Shown here one piece after another: positions 10,135-20,263 of a stretch of DNA of 64,000 nucleotides. Below the pieces are notes generated by a model. It had not been told where the DNA came from and did no database searches. It worked only from the letters and a program-made list of their open reading frames with translations. Numbering within the stretch: position 1 is the stretch's first letter; each line of letters begins with the position of its first letter. A program made the translations under genes and the position numbers. This DNA comes from an uncultured bacterium. GTDB lineage: Bacteria > Babelota > Babeliae > Babelales > JABCYS01. The stretch spans positions 224,001-288,000 of the forward strand of contig CAVPKK010000007.1 in assembly GCA_963705705.1 (NCBI GenBank), in the 5' to 3' direction.

Positions 10135-10257
10135 GAGGCTTGGAAAGACAAAGCTGACCTCCTTCCCATATTCATTCAAATAGAATTAATACCGCTTGCG
10201 AAACTCCCGGGAACCCCATAACCTGATCTGGACATTAAAATGATAAGAGGGAACCCC

Positions 10258-11208
10258 ATGAATAAAAGATTACACGCATTAGTCCTGACTTGCCTGATGG
10301 CGGGTGGCATAACCCTAGAGGCTGCACGGCCTTCCTTTTTCGAACGCACTAAAAAATCGATCGCAAAATTTTTCAATGATGTACCAACTAATGTGAAGTG
10401 GGGAACTGCTTTCATTGTGTCATCGATCTTATTTTACTTAGCTTGCTCAAAATCGGATAAATCCCTTTTTACAAGACGCTATGACGATCTCGTTGATAAC
10501 AATGAGTATGCGGATACTGTTTTAGAGGCCAATGGCCGGGAGTTTGATCCTGTACAAGTACGAACAGCACGCGGCAATGTCACCGTAGAACAATTTAATG
10601 TGGCAAAACAAAACTTAAGCAACATGCGCTTATGCACCTGCGGGCAGCATGCGGTTACACAAGCAGAGATTATCGCAGCAGCACTCAGAAACGGTGAACT
10701 TGAAGAAGCCAGAGCTCATTTAAGAGATCGGCGCTTTGTGGGAGCTGCAGTTCAGCAAACGTGTAATGCCGCAAAAATTTTATTTGAAGATAACAGAGAG
10801 ATAGCTCGAGGAGCTATCGAGCCACGCCGAGGATGGACTGAGGCAACTATTCTTCACTTGCTGCTCCAGCAGCAAGAGCCCGCTACGTTCTTTGTGGGCA
10901 ATGAAATTCCAGAACATCTGAGCCCGCGAGATCCTCGGCCTCATCCAGCAATTGCACAACTTAATGCAGCAGGTATACATCGAGTTATCTTGAACGTTGG
11001 TGCTCATTGGATTACGGTCATTATTGATCGCCCTGTTGCTAATGCGCCGGCACATTATTATCTAGCAGATTCAGCTGGAACAAATCGTTGCGAAAATAAT
11101 CGATCTGGTGAACGCGTGCGCGCCCTCATTAATCGCTTAGAAGGTGCGGCCCCGAGACGACCATCAGCCGCAGGTGATATTAATTCAGCTAATGTGAGCA
11201 GTTCCTAA
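10258..11208 (+). CDS. Secreted/membrane-anchored putative Cys protease (papain-like, Josephin-like motifs)
   Basis: Signal peptide plus TM segment; KQ...CTCGQHA, GAHWITV and YYLADS motifs. Confidence 0.6.
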   Translation: MNKRLHALVLTCLMAGGITLEAARPSFFERTKKSIAKFFNDVPTNVKWGTAFIVSSILFYLACSKSDKSLFTRRYDDLVDNNEYADTVLEANGREFDPVQVRTARGNVTVEQFNVAKQNLSNMRLCTCGQHAVTQAEIIAAALRNGELEEARAHLRDRRFVGAAVQQTCNAAKILFEDNREIARGAIEPRRGWTEATILHLLLQQQEPATFFVGNEIPEHLSPRDPRPHPAIAQLNAAGIHRVILNVGAHWITVIIDRPVANAPAHYYLADSAGTNRCENNRSGERVRALINRLEGAAPRRPSAAGDINSANVSSS

Positions 11209-12687
11209 AATTCTGCGCAACAGTTCATTTTTATCACGAATACCTTCATTGATCTGAATTTCATACGCCTCTTTGAGCAACCTGCCCATTTTCGGGCCAG
11301 GCGGCACAGTATCCATTAAGTCACGGCCTTGAACGATCGGCTTCTCCACCTGGGATAATACGTGTGCAGCCAAGGCTTTCCGAACAAGGGCAATAGCCTC
11401 TTCGCTCGGCTCAGTCATTGGTTTTCCATTCAGCCCACGGCCCTGCTGATCTGCGGTAACCAATAAAGCCATGTCGTATAGTGTAACTTCAGGTGCTAAT
11501 CTATTTGCTAGTCTTTTGACCGCAGCCATGCTTGCTTGTGGTGATACCACTTGAAATGGCTGCATATGATGCCCAACTAACTTAACTCCGCCTTCTATTA
11601 TTTCTTGATTATTCATGATGCGATGAAGCATTTTTTTGGCTGCCGGTACCCCCGCCTCGGCATGGCCATAAAAGGTTACATGCTCATCTTCCCGCCGCTG
11701 CTCTACCAATGGCTTTCCCAGATCATGGCATAACGCACCATACATGAGGATTAGTAGCCGTGTTTGCGATGTGAATTCATGCAGATTGAGTGATCCTAAT
11801 AATTCAATTTCGGGTGTGCTAAAAGAATCACCAAAAATCTCTGAGATTTTTTTAGCATGAATAATACGAGCCATGGCATCGAGGGCCTGCATGCTGTGTT
11901 CAAAAACATCCCCCTCTGGGTGCCACTTCTTTCCCTGGTCAACCCCGACGCATGCTGCTAGTTCAGGCAAAACTTCTTTTACGCGACCAATATCATTAAG
12001 CCAGCGCAGCCCAATTGAAGGATGCCTTGATTTAAGGAGTAATTTTTTAAACTCTTCTTCAATGCGTTCCTTGGAAACATTTGAAATATCCATCTGTTTG
12101 CAAAGCGCCGTCAGCTCCGGATCAGGGTGCATCTCAAAACGGCTCATAAATTGTAAAACACGGTAAAATCGCAATGGATCTTCAACAAACCGTGCGGGAT
12201 GTGTGGCTCTTAAAATGCGATTCTGCAGATCGCTCAGACCATGAAATGGGTCGATGAGCTCAAATGTTTGAAGATCTATGCCCATGGCGTTAATGGTAAG
12301 ATCGCGCCGCTCGAAAGCTTCTTTTAATGAGCTTGCGCCTAACCCAACTTGGGGCTTTCTGCCTGGCCCTTCCGTACGGGGAACCGACCAATCGACATCA
12401 AGACCATGAATGCGCAAGACACCGTAGACCTTACCGATTTCACTTACCGGTCCAAATTGCTTGAGCTGCTGCTCTAAATCATCCAAAGCAAGCTGATGGA
12501 CCTCGATATCGATATCTTTTATAGGAAGTCCTAGAAATGCATCGCGGACAGCCCCGCCTACTAAAACAGTCTTTCCGCCTGCTTGCCCTATGGCGCTGAT
12601 AATAGCTGGCAGCTTTTTATATGAATTCAGGAGCTCTAGGACCCTTTTTTTGACGTCATTTGGCAATGCTGGGCTGGCGTTAGACAT
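11185..12687 (-). CDS. cca: CCA-adding tRNA nucleotidyltransferase with HD domain
   Basis: VGGAVRD, KDIDIE, RRDLTINAM, EDPLR, HPEGDVFEH, HDLGK. Confidence 0.93.
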   Translation of the reverse strand: MSNASPALPNDVKKRVLELLNSYKKLPAIISAIGQAGGKTVLVGGAVRDAFLGLPIKDIDIEVHQLALDDLEQQLKQFGPVSEIGKVYGVLRIHGLDVDWSVPRTEGPGRKPQVGLGASSLKEAFERRDLTINAMGIDLQTFELIDPFHGLSDLQNRILRATHPARFVEDPLRFYRVLQFMSRFEMHPDPELTALCKQMDISNVSKERIEEEFKKLLLKSRHPSIGLRWLNDIGRVKEVLPELAACVGVDQGKKWHPEGDVFEHSMQALDAMARIIHAKKISEIFGDSFSTPEIELLGSLNLHEFTSQTRLLILMYGALCHDLGKPLVEQRREDEHVTFYGHAEAGVPAAKKMLHRIMNNQEIIEGGVKLVGHHMQPFQVVSPQASMAAVKRLANRLAPEVTLYDMALLVTADQQGRGLNGKPMTEPSEEAIALVRKALAAHVLSQVEKPIVQGRDLMDTVPPGPKMGRLLKEAYEIQINEGIRDKNELLRRILGTAHIS

Positions 12688-12888
12688 GGTTCACCGTTTT
12701 TAATATAACCTAATCTATGTTAACTTAGGAATCCAATTCAATAAAAAAGGCTCTCGGTAAAAAAAACCTACCAAATTGTCTTTAAGTATAGCAAAAAAGC
12801 CGGAACTCTTTACAAATGGGGATCTGGGCATCGAAACTAATAAGATGTAATAAGAGATCGATCAGAGGTTAGAATGGAGAATAAAACT

Positions 12889-14271
12889 ATGAAACGAATC
12901 CTATTGCTATTCAGTATGCCTCTTGCGTTAATGGGATCAATGCAGGCAACAGGCGCAACCCCTTCCCCCATTAAACAGCTCAGCGGTGCCGAAGAACCTC
13001 AGCGCTGGAGAAACTATGCTGCGCTGATGAACATTATTAAAGATGAAATTAATGAACAGTATACCATCTTGGATTCTGCGCGGGCAAAAGTTCGTCCACT
13101 TATTACACTCTGGCAAGAAGGAAAATCAAAAAATTTATCTGAAGATTGGGCCCAAGAATTCGAATCTTATAAGAAAATTTGGGCGTTTGAAGCAACACGC
13201 AATACGAATGCACTAATCGCGCTACGTACAGAGGTACAGCAAAACAAATATGATTCAACCTTTGCACATAGACGAAAAGAATTGGTACGCAATATTAAAA
13301 CCTATACATTATTACAGCAGATGAGTGTAACCACCGATACTATAAGCTCTGACGATGCTTTTGATTGGGCATGCGAGATTGCGCTCCAGGATACGCGACA
13401 GTATGAACAAAAAAAATATGCATCTGTGATAAAAACTATTCGTGAGCAATGCCGAAATATCATGAGTTTCTTGAAGATAGCAGAAACGACAGAAGAAAGA
13501 CTGCAATTTATAAAAGCGCAACAAAAAACTTGGCAAATTCTCTTCAACCGAACCCAGCAAGATCACGATGATTACTTGGTCTGGAAAGCATTATTATTAT
13601 TGAGTAAGAACCCTCATATATTGGATGATGCTGAAGCAATCGAAATGGCAGTTACTGAAATCGAAAGACTTTTATATCACGCATCTATCATTTCAAAAGC
13701 GTATGACCTGATACACCATACTTCTAAACATATTCAAAGCCAGCCAGCAGATCACCAGAATGCATATATAAATGATTATTTACGGCACTGGACAGCAAGT
13801 GTTGAATATTACAACAATATGAAATCTGACTTTGATTCAGACGCATATCAGTTAGCTGCAAATGTTCTTTCCAAAAACCGCGATGTTTTTAAAACAGGTA
13901 ATATATCATTCGAACGGGTCCAGTTTGAAAAAGAAAACCCTGAAATTACCGAACTCCTTTCACAAGTAAGCAATGAAGAAACTGTGCAAAAGATGCAGAC
14001 TGATTTTGAACGGTTACCATTTAGCATGCCATCTTCACAAGCGCCGACACCAGTTTTTTCTGGCATAGTTAGGCCGGCATCTAAAACGATAACTCCACCA
14101 GTTAATACGGAATCAACTCCTGAACTATATCGCTCATCGCCGGATGACGAATCTATTTCTTCAGTGCCAACCCGTAGCAAGACACCAGTTCTACCAGAAA
14201 TGAGTAAACTTCCACCGTCTAGCGCAGTCCGTATTGTGAGTGCTAAAATTGAGAAGAAGCAAAATAAATAA
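12889..14271 (+). CDS. Secreted hypothetical protein with Pro/Ser-rich tail
   Basis: Long ORF; signal peptide MKRILLLFSMPLALMGSMQA. Confidence 0.75.
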   Translation: MKRILLLFSMPLALMGSMQATGATPSPIKQLSGAEEPQRWRNYAALMNIIKDEINEQYTILDSARAKVRPLITLWQEGKSKNLSEDWAQEFESYKKIWAFEATRNTNALIALRTEVQQNKYDSTFAHRRKELVRNIKTYTLLQQMSVTTDTISSDDAFDWACEIALQDTRQYEQKKYASVIKTIREQCRNIMSFLKIAETTEERLQFIKAQQKTWQILFNRTQQDHDDYLVWKALLLLSKNPHILDDAEAIEMAVTEIERLLYHASIISKAYDLIHHTSKHIQSQPADHQNAYINDYLRHWTASVEYYNNMKSDFDSDAYQLAANVLSKNRDVFKTGNISFERVQFEKENPEITELLSQVSNEETVQKMQTDFERLPFSMPSSQAPTPVFSGIVRPASKTITPPVNTESTPELYRSSPDDESISSVPTRSKTPVLPEMSKLPPSSAVRIVSAKIEKKQNK

Positions 14272-14283
14272 ATAAATACATTT

Positions 14284-14330
14284 TCGCGCAACAAAAAACC
14301 CGGTTTGGATTTTCGTCCAACCGGGTTTTT
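14284..14330. terminator. Intrinsic terminator, copy 1 of a 47-bp direct repeat
   Basis: AAAAAACCCGGTTTGGA-TTTTCG-TCCAACCGGGTTTTT. Confidence 0.85.
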
Positions 14331-14341
14331 TATTTATAGAT

Positions 14342-14707
14342 CTACCGGGTTCTACCAATTTGGCCCAGATGGGTATGCCAAAATGAATCACTGTATTTAA
14401 GACCATAACCCAGCGCTCGATCCATACAGGCGTGGCAAAATAGTATGATTCCAATTAAGAGCAAAATATTGGAAGACAGGAATAGCCCAAGCGCAAGGCA
14501 CAATATTGCAGTCGTTCTATGGTGTAAAATATTATATGTGAAAGCGCCAACGCTGTTATTTATGATATAACCAACCATGCCAATATCCGGCGTTAAGAGA
14601 AGCAAAATGAATACCCACCACGAATAGCCAAGCAGGCTGAAAATATAGATTCCGGCCAATAGCATTGAAAATTCTTCCAGTTTTAATATTGCTTTCATCA
14701 TATTCAT
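14342..14707 (-). CDS. DUF4260-like small membrane protein
   Basis: ILKLEE...LLLTPDIGMVGY...GAFTYNILH...MDRALGYGLKYSDSFWHTHLG. Confidence 0.85.
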   Translation of the reverse strand: MNMMKAILKLEEFSMLLAGIYIFSLLGYSWWVFILLLLTPDIGMVGYIINNSVGAFTYNILHHRTTAILCLALGLFLSSNILLLIGIILFCHACMDRALGYGLKYSDSFWHTHLGQIGRTR

Positions 14708-14780
14708 TCCTCTGATGCGATTTAAGGCAAAGGCCAGAATAACCTACCACCATCGTAATAGCCATTAATCAGTATCTTTA

Positions 14781-14827
14781 TCGCGTAACAAAAAACCCGG
14801 TTTGGATTTTCGTCCAACCGGGTTTTT
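14781..14827. terminator. Intrinsic terminator of tRNA-Ala, copy 2 of the 47-bp direct repeat
   Basis: 46/47 identical to 14284-14330. Confidence 0.85.
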
Positions 14828-14833
14828 ATATTG

Positions 14834-14906
14834 TGGAGCTGACCGGGATCGAACCGGTGGCCTCATGAATGCCATCCATGCGCTCTACCAGCTGAGCTAC
14901 AGCCCC
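14834..14906 (-). tRNA. tRNA-Ala(GGC)
   Basis: GGGGCTGTAGCTCAG...CATGG-AT-GGC-AT-TCATG...GGTTCGATCC...CAGCTCCA. Confidence 0.95.
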
Positions 14907-14988
14907 AAACCTTTTTGGTATATACTCGTGAGACCTTTTATAAGGACGAAAATTGTATGAGAATCTCACAAAATATCAATGGATATAC

Positions 14989-16743
14989 ATGAAGAAACTG
15001 TTTGCTAGCATTGTTTTTCTAAGCCTTTCACATTTTTTACACGCAGCGCAACTAACGCTTACACAAAAACCAGTTGGACCACATGAGGTTGAGCTGCTCA
15101 TCCATGTTCGCCCAGATGAAGGCGAGGCGGTTTTCAAAGATCATATTTCGTTAGCGACAGACAACCCTGACATAGTGCTCACACAATGGACAACCACAAG
15201 CAAACCAACGGTGGCCGATGCGAAAGGTATAGGTTCTGCCTTACCCGCATTTACCCTGCCATTTACGATCCAAAGCCACGCAAAACAGTCTGGAAACAGC
15301 TCAGAAGCAGGCTTGTATGTTACGTATCTCTCATCTAAAAATCGGCAACCTACACAGGAACTATTTACCGTCAATTTCCCTTCTATGCAAACTAAGCAAG
15401 CTGCAATCACTAATGATCCGCAACCTGCAGAAGAAAAAACCATCTGTTCACCGCCCGCAGAACCGGTTCCAAGCGCTATGTCATTCAGCTTATCTTCGTG
15501 GTCACAGCGATTAGAAAACATTATTAAAGCTACCAATAATTTTTGGATTCGCTTCATACTCATCCTATTGCTTGGCCTCTTTATGAGCTTTACCCCCTGC
15601 ATTTATCCAATGATTCCAATTACGGTTGGCATTCTGCAAGGAACTGGTCACCGATCATTTTGGCGCAATGTTGCACATGCTAGTGCATATTCATCTGGTA
15701 TTGCCATAACCTTCGCTGCCCTTGGCCTGCTGGCTGCTGCTTCAGGTACAATCTTTGGGTCTATGATGAGTTCGCCATTTGTTGTTTTGTTAATCGCGGC
15801 ATTGCTCATTTATCTTTCCGGTACCATGTTTGGCTGGTATGAGCTTTATATTCCACGATCTTTGCAAGAACGCCAACATACACACCATGGCTCCATTCTT
15901 TCATCCTTCATCTTTGGAGCCATTTCAGGCACAGTCGCTTCGCCCTGTTTATCGCCCGGATTGGCATTAGTGTTATGTATTGTGGCAACACTTGGCAGCA
16001 AAATAATGGGTTTTTTATTACTTTTCGCGTTCGGCATTGGCTTAAGCATTCCGCTCATGATCATTGGTACATTTTCGAACTCACTCAGCGTATTACCACG
16101 CTCCGGTGCTTGGATGGTTGAGTTTAAAAAAGTTTTTGGATTCCTTTTGCTGGGCATGGCATTGTACTATGCAAATAATGTGTTGCCGCATTCAGTTATC
16201 TTATGGATGCTTGGCGCACTGATTGCCATTGCTGGGCTGCAATATTTGCTGACGATGGAAAAAGGACAAGGATCAAAATTACTGAAACGATTAAAATCAC
16301 TCTTGGGCATGATTTTGCTAGTTTCCGCTGTGCTTGTATTTGTGGAAGCGTATCAAACTACTTTCCATACGCTATCAGTTGAGAAAGAATCATTTTGGAT
16401 CACTAATTATGAGCAAGCGCAGGCAAAAGCACAATCCGAACATAAACTATTATTCCTCGATTTCTGGGCACCATTCTGCTCTATTTGCACGGCTATTGAT
16501 AAAACGTTGCTGAAAGATCCGGAAGTCCGTACTGCGCTTGGCAAATTTGTGCCGGCAAAAATTGAAATGATTATGACCAATACCACAATTCAACATCTGA
16601 AAGAAACCTTCAATATTGTTGGCTTACCAACATTCCTGGTCATTGATCCAACTGATGAAAAACTTATTAAACGCTGGGGCGGGGAACTGTACCACGCTGA
16701 TAAGAAAGGATTCATTAAAGAATTGAATGAGTTAACGCAATAG
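14989..16743 (+). CDS. dsbD: Thiol:disulfide interchange protein DsbD-like
   Basis: SFTPCIYPMIPI, SPC, LPRSGAWM, C-terminal thioredoxin DFWAPFCSIC. Confidence 0.9.
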   Translation: MKKLFASIVFLSLSHFLHAAQLTLTQKPVGPHEVELLIHVRPDEGEAVFKDHISLATDNPDIVLTQWTTTSKPTVADAKGIGSALPAFTLPFTIQSHAKQSGNSSEAGLYVTYLSSKNRQPTQELFTVNFPSMQTKQAAITNDPQPAEEKTICSPPAEPVPSAMSFSLSSWSQRLENIIKATNNFWIRFILILLLGLFMSFTPCIYPMIPITVGILQGTGHRSFWRNVAHASAYSSGIAITFAALGLLAAASGTIFGSMMSSPFVVLLIAALLIYLSGTMFGWYELYIPRSLQERQHTHHGSILSSFIFGAISGTVASPCLSPGLALVLCIVATLGSKIMGFLLLFAFGIGLSIPLMIIGTFSNSLSVLPRSGAWMVEFKKVFGFLLLGMALYYANNVLPHSVILWMLGALIAIAGLQYLLTMEKGQGSKLLKRLKSLLGMILLVSAVLVFVEAYQTTFHTLSVEKESFWITNYEQAQAKAQSEHKLLFLDFWAPFCSICTAIDKTLLKDPEVRTALGKFVPAKIEMIMTNTTIQHLKETFNIVGLPTFLVIDPTDEKLIKRWGGELYHADKKGFIKELNELTQ

Positions 16744-16806
16744 CTTCCCGTAACTTGGGTGACTGATATAATCTGAGTAAATAATCAAAACTTACAGGAG
16801 AAACCT

Positions 16807-17130
16807 ATGCGTAAAAGAGTTACTTTCCGTCATATGGAAACTGAACCCGATCTTGAGACACATGCCTATACAGCACTCGATCGCATAGAGATGGCCCTAG
16901 AGCATGAACAAAGCCCAATTAATCTTGATCTTGTTCTGTCTCCAGGTAGACCGCATGCGCATCATCAAGTTGAACTACTGATCAAAACGCCCAATCATGA
17001 CTTCGTAATTAAAGAAGAAGGCCCGCACATGTATCAGCTTATTGATAAAGCATGTGATGTTGCGTATCGTAAAATTCATGATCACAAAGATAAGTTGGTC
17101 TCAGCCCAACGGCGGCAAACCAAAGTCTAA
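16807..17130 (+). CDS. hpf: Ribosome hibernation factor HPF/RaiA (short form)
   Basis: VTFRHME...MYQLIDKA...HKDK pattern. Confidence 0.8.
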   Translation: MRKRVTFRHMETEPDLETHAYTALDRIEMALEHEQSPINLDLVLSPGRPHAHHQVELLIKTPNHDFVIKEEGPHMYQLIDKACDVAYRKIHDHKDKLVSAQRRQTKV

Positions 17131-18449
17131 CCGAAGCGACCTTTACGAACGGTTATATGAACTGGTACACCTTTAAGATTGGTGTGATCGCGTAGAATAT
17201 TTTCAAAAAAGGCAAGTTGGCTTGGCCCATACCAAACCGGATTATCTACTGCCAGGGTAATGGTAATCGGGGCAGTGGATGCTTGCTTGGCATGAAATAC
17301 GCGAAGCGGCTGCCCTTGTTTGTATATCGGCGTTCGTTGTAATGCTTGCTTAAAAAGAAGATCCAACTCTGAATTAGTAAATTGTTGTGAATAGCGTTGC
17401 CAAACATCATTCACGAGTGGCAAAATTCTACCAATATTCTTTCCCGTTTTTGCAGAAATGTTGAGGCTTTCAACCCGATCGAGCAAATATTTATATTCTG
17501 ATAAGTGAAATTCTAATTCAGTTCGCAACTCTTCATGCATTAAATCTTGCTTATTTAGCAAAATAATAAGTCCCTTATATTGTTCTTCGAATGCATAACG
17601 AATGAGCGTCAATTCTTGATTTGATATTTTACCTTCGGAAGCATCAAGAACTAATAATACGATATCCGCTTCGCGAATGGTCTGCAAAGAACGTTTGACC
17701 ATCATCTGTTCTAGTTCCTCTTCAACCGATCGTGGACGTCTGACACCGGGCGTATCGATAACTTCAATAGACTCTTTGTAAAACTGAATGCGTTCGGCAA
17801 TAGCTTCACGCGTGGTACCAGCAATTTCAGTTACCAATGAGCGCTCTTCTTGTAACAATGCATTAAGAATGGATGACTTGCCCACATTCGGCTTACCAAT
17901 CAAAGCAACTTTAAAGGTCGGGGTTTCATCAACTTCTATTGCCGGCGTGAGTTCAAGATCTGCAACGACTGCATCGCACAGTTCAGTAATACCCCTGCCA
18001 TGTTGCGCTGAAATAAGGAATGTTTGTTTAAAGCCCAAGCGATCAAAATCATGAACATGATCTTCGGTGCTTTTTCGATCCGCTTTATTAATAACCAAAA
18101 TTACCGGCTTATCTGTCTTGCGTATAGCATTGGCGATTTCGAGATCTTCGGGTAGCGCGCCGGTTGTGCCATCAACAACAAATAATATTAATTGAGCTCT
18201 ATCGAGTAGTTTAAGAGCCGATAGACGAATTTTTTCTTGCAACGGATCTTGCTGCTTGCGAAAGCCTAGACCCGCACTATCGATGAGCATGAAAGAGGTT
18301 TTTTTCCAGGTCACCACATCAGTAATATAATCGCGAGTTACCCCCTCTTCATCATAGATCAAACTTTTTACAGTTGATGACAGGCGATTAAAGAGCGTCG
18401 ATTTGCCGATATTCATGCGGCCGACAATAATAACATTGTGTAATTTCAT
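17127..18449 (-). CDS. der: Ribosome biogenesis GTPase Der/EngA
   Basis: Two GTPase domains (GRMNIGKSTLFN; GKPNVGKSS) plus KH-like tail. Confidence 0.96.
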   Translation of the reverse strand: MKLHNVIIVGRMNIGKSTLFNRLSSTVKSLIYDEEGVTRDYITDVVTWKKTSFMLIDSAGLGFRKQQDPLQEKIRLSALKLLDRAQLILFVVDGTTGALPEDLEIANAIRKTDKPVILVINKADRKSTEDHVHDFDRLGFKQTFLISAQHGRGITELCDAVVADLELTPAIEVDETPTFKVALIGKPNVGKSSILNALLQEERSLVTEIAGTTREAIAERIQFYKESIEVIDTPGVRRPRSVEEELEQMMVKRSLQTIREADIVLLVLDASEGKISNQELTLIRYAFEEQYKGLIILLNKQDLMHEELRTELEFHLSEYKYLLDRVESLNISAKTGKNIGRILPLVNDVWQRYSQQFTNSELDLLFKQALQRTPIYKQGQPLRVFHAKQASTAPITITLAVDNPVWYGPSQLAFFENILRDHTNLKGVPVHITVRKGRFG

Positions 18450-18458
18450 GTTGTCTTT

Positions 18459-20183
18459 TTATAACTCAGTTACAGTACCCGGGAAATAGGAAAGTACTAA
18501 ATTTGTTTTTTGCCATTGTTCTTTATCAGTAATATCTATTTTCTTACCAGCAGGCTCAGCAGCGGCTTCTCTTTTCGGCTGCCATTTTCTTGCCGGCATG
18601 CCATTTGGTACTCGAACCGTTGCTACCGCTTTCGGTTGTATTGCAGGTAGTGGTTTGGTGGGTTTAGGTAATTCTCGTTGTATGGGAGCAGCGATAGTAG
18701 CACTCAATTTTGCAGTTAATGTGGCTTGCGCGCCGAAAATTTCTTTGATTAATGGTAACCAATTATTGGTTGTATCTTTTAACCAATCAATAAAAAAGGC
18801 GCTTTGTTCCGGGAATAATAGCTCGATAACATTTGCATCGTTCATACCATTAAACGCTGCTTGATTAAAAATTGAACGAACAAGCGGATCACCCAGTTCA
18901 TCAATGCGAGAAAGAAATTGAGGCCAAGGCCCACTTTGCACTGCTCCGCCACCCACTTGATCCCCCATAAACGGATCTGTATTTTCTGAGTTCGGCGTAT
19001 CCTCATTCAAATGCTCAATTGGTTCGACAGCGCTTACAAGAAGGTCCCCGTTTTCAGTTTTTTTTTCCTGCATCATTTTCTTAGCAGAAGGGATTGGTGT
19101 CGATGAACCAGAGCCACCATCATGCTCATGTGTGCACTTCAACAATATAAATTCCAGCATGCGATGTTTTTTGGTTGTCCGCGAAAACGGTAGCTCGTAG
19201 CTATACAGTGTTTCCAAAACATCCAAGAGTCGATGTAGTGATACTTTTGGTAGTTGAACAGTATGACTCTTTTTCTCCATCGCCTGACGAATTAATTCAA
19301 TCAATCCATCATAGATTTTTTCAGGTGCAAATGCCGCAATATTTAACGCGTGTATGGTTTCCAATAGCTCGGCTGCTGACTGCAGCAATATACTGGTTAA
19401 TAATTGAGCGAGCTGTTCTTCGCTCATGCGGCCAAGAACGGTGCGCACTGATTCGGCAGTCACATTGGCAGCAGATAAACGCACTTGCTCCAATAAATTA
19501 ATAGCATCGCGAACTGAGCCCTCTGACTCTTTAACGATCAGACGTAGCGCTTCATCTTCGAATTGAATTTGTTCTTCTTGGCAAATTTTCTGCAGATGGG
19601 CTGCAAGTTCCGTTGGCGAAACAGGTGTGAAAAATAATTGGAAGCACCGAGACCGCACCGTTTCAATAATTTTTTCTTGGTCGGTAGTTGCCAACATAAA
19701 CAATACGGAAGCTGGTGGCTCTTCCAATATTTTGAGCAGTGCATTAAAGGCAGCTTTGCTCAACATATGAGCTTCATCGATAAGATATATTTTTTTGCGA
19801 CCGAGCACCGGCAATAATGAAGCTGCTTCTATAATCTGACGCACATGATCAACCCCGGTATGGGATGCCGCATCAATTTCAATAAAATCCGGATGCGATC
19901 CTGTTTGCATGGCTTTGCACGAAGCGCATTGGCCACAGGGAAGTTCTTGCGTCTTAGGCGATAGACGAAAATTGGGTAGTTGTTCGCAATTGATTGCAGC
20001 TGAGAAAACTCGCGCCGTTGAAGTTTTTCCGCAGCCTCGCTGCCCAGAAAGGAGGTAAACGGGAAAAAGCAGATCACGATACAGGCCATTTTTGAGCATT
20101 CGCACAGCAATATCTTGGCCGATAATGGTAGCGAACTGCTGTGATCGCCATTTACGTGCAAGATTTAAAGTTGCTGTTGCCAT
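18459..20183 (-). CDS. dnaX: DNA polymerase III subunit gamma/tau
   Basis: LARKWR, GQRGCGKT, EIDAAS, IDEAHMLSKAAFNALLKILEEPP, SRC. Confidence 0.97.
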   Translation of the reverse strand: MATATLNLARKWRSQQFATIIGQDIAVRMLKNGLYRDLLFPVYLLSGQRGCGKTSTARVFSAAINCEQLPNFRLSPKTQELPCGQCASCKAMQTGSHPDFIEIDAASHTGVDHVRQIIEAASLLPVLGRKKIYLIDEAHMLSKAAFNALLKILEEPPASVLFMLATTDQEKIIETVRSRCFQLFFTPVSPTELAAHLQKICQEEQIQFEDEALRLIVKESEGSVRDAINLLEQVRLSAANVTAESVRTVLGRMSEEQLAQLLTSILLQSAAELLETIHALNIAAFAPEKIYDGLIELIRQAMEKKSHTVQLPKVSLHRLLDVLETLYSYELPFSRTTKKHRMLEFILLKCTHEHDGGSGSSTPIPSAKKMMQEKKTENGDLLVSAVEPIEHLNEDTPNSENTDPFMGDQVGGGAVQSGPWPQFLSRIDELGDPLVRSIFNQAAFNGMNDANVIELLFPEQSAFFIDWLKDTTNNWLPLIKEIFGAQATLTAKLSATIAAPIQRELPKPTKPLPAIQPKAVATVRVPNGMPARKWQPKREAAAEPAGKKIDITDKEQWQKTNLVLSYFPGTVTEL

Positions 20184-20263
20184 GATTGATGCTGCATACC
20201 CGTCTATAATGTTTTCCCGCTTGATCCGTCGACAGGTGTTCGGTCGTCGCCGTGGCTATAAGT

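Noticed and set aside
9787..10175. Minus-strand ORFs of 74 and 66 aa over the repeat
   Set aside because: The 89-bp period breaks the frame between units; these are shadow ORFs.
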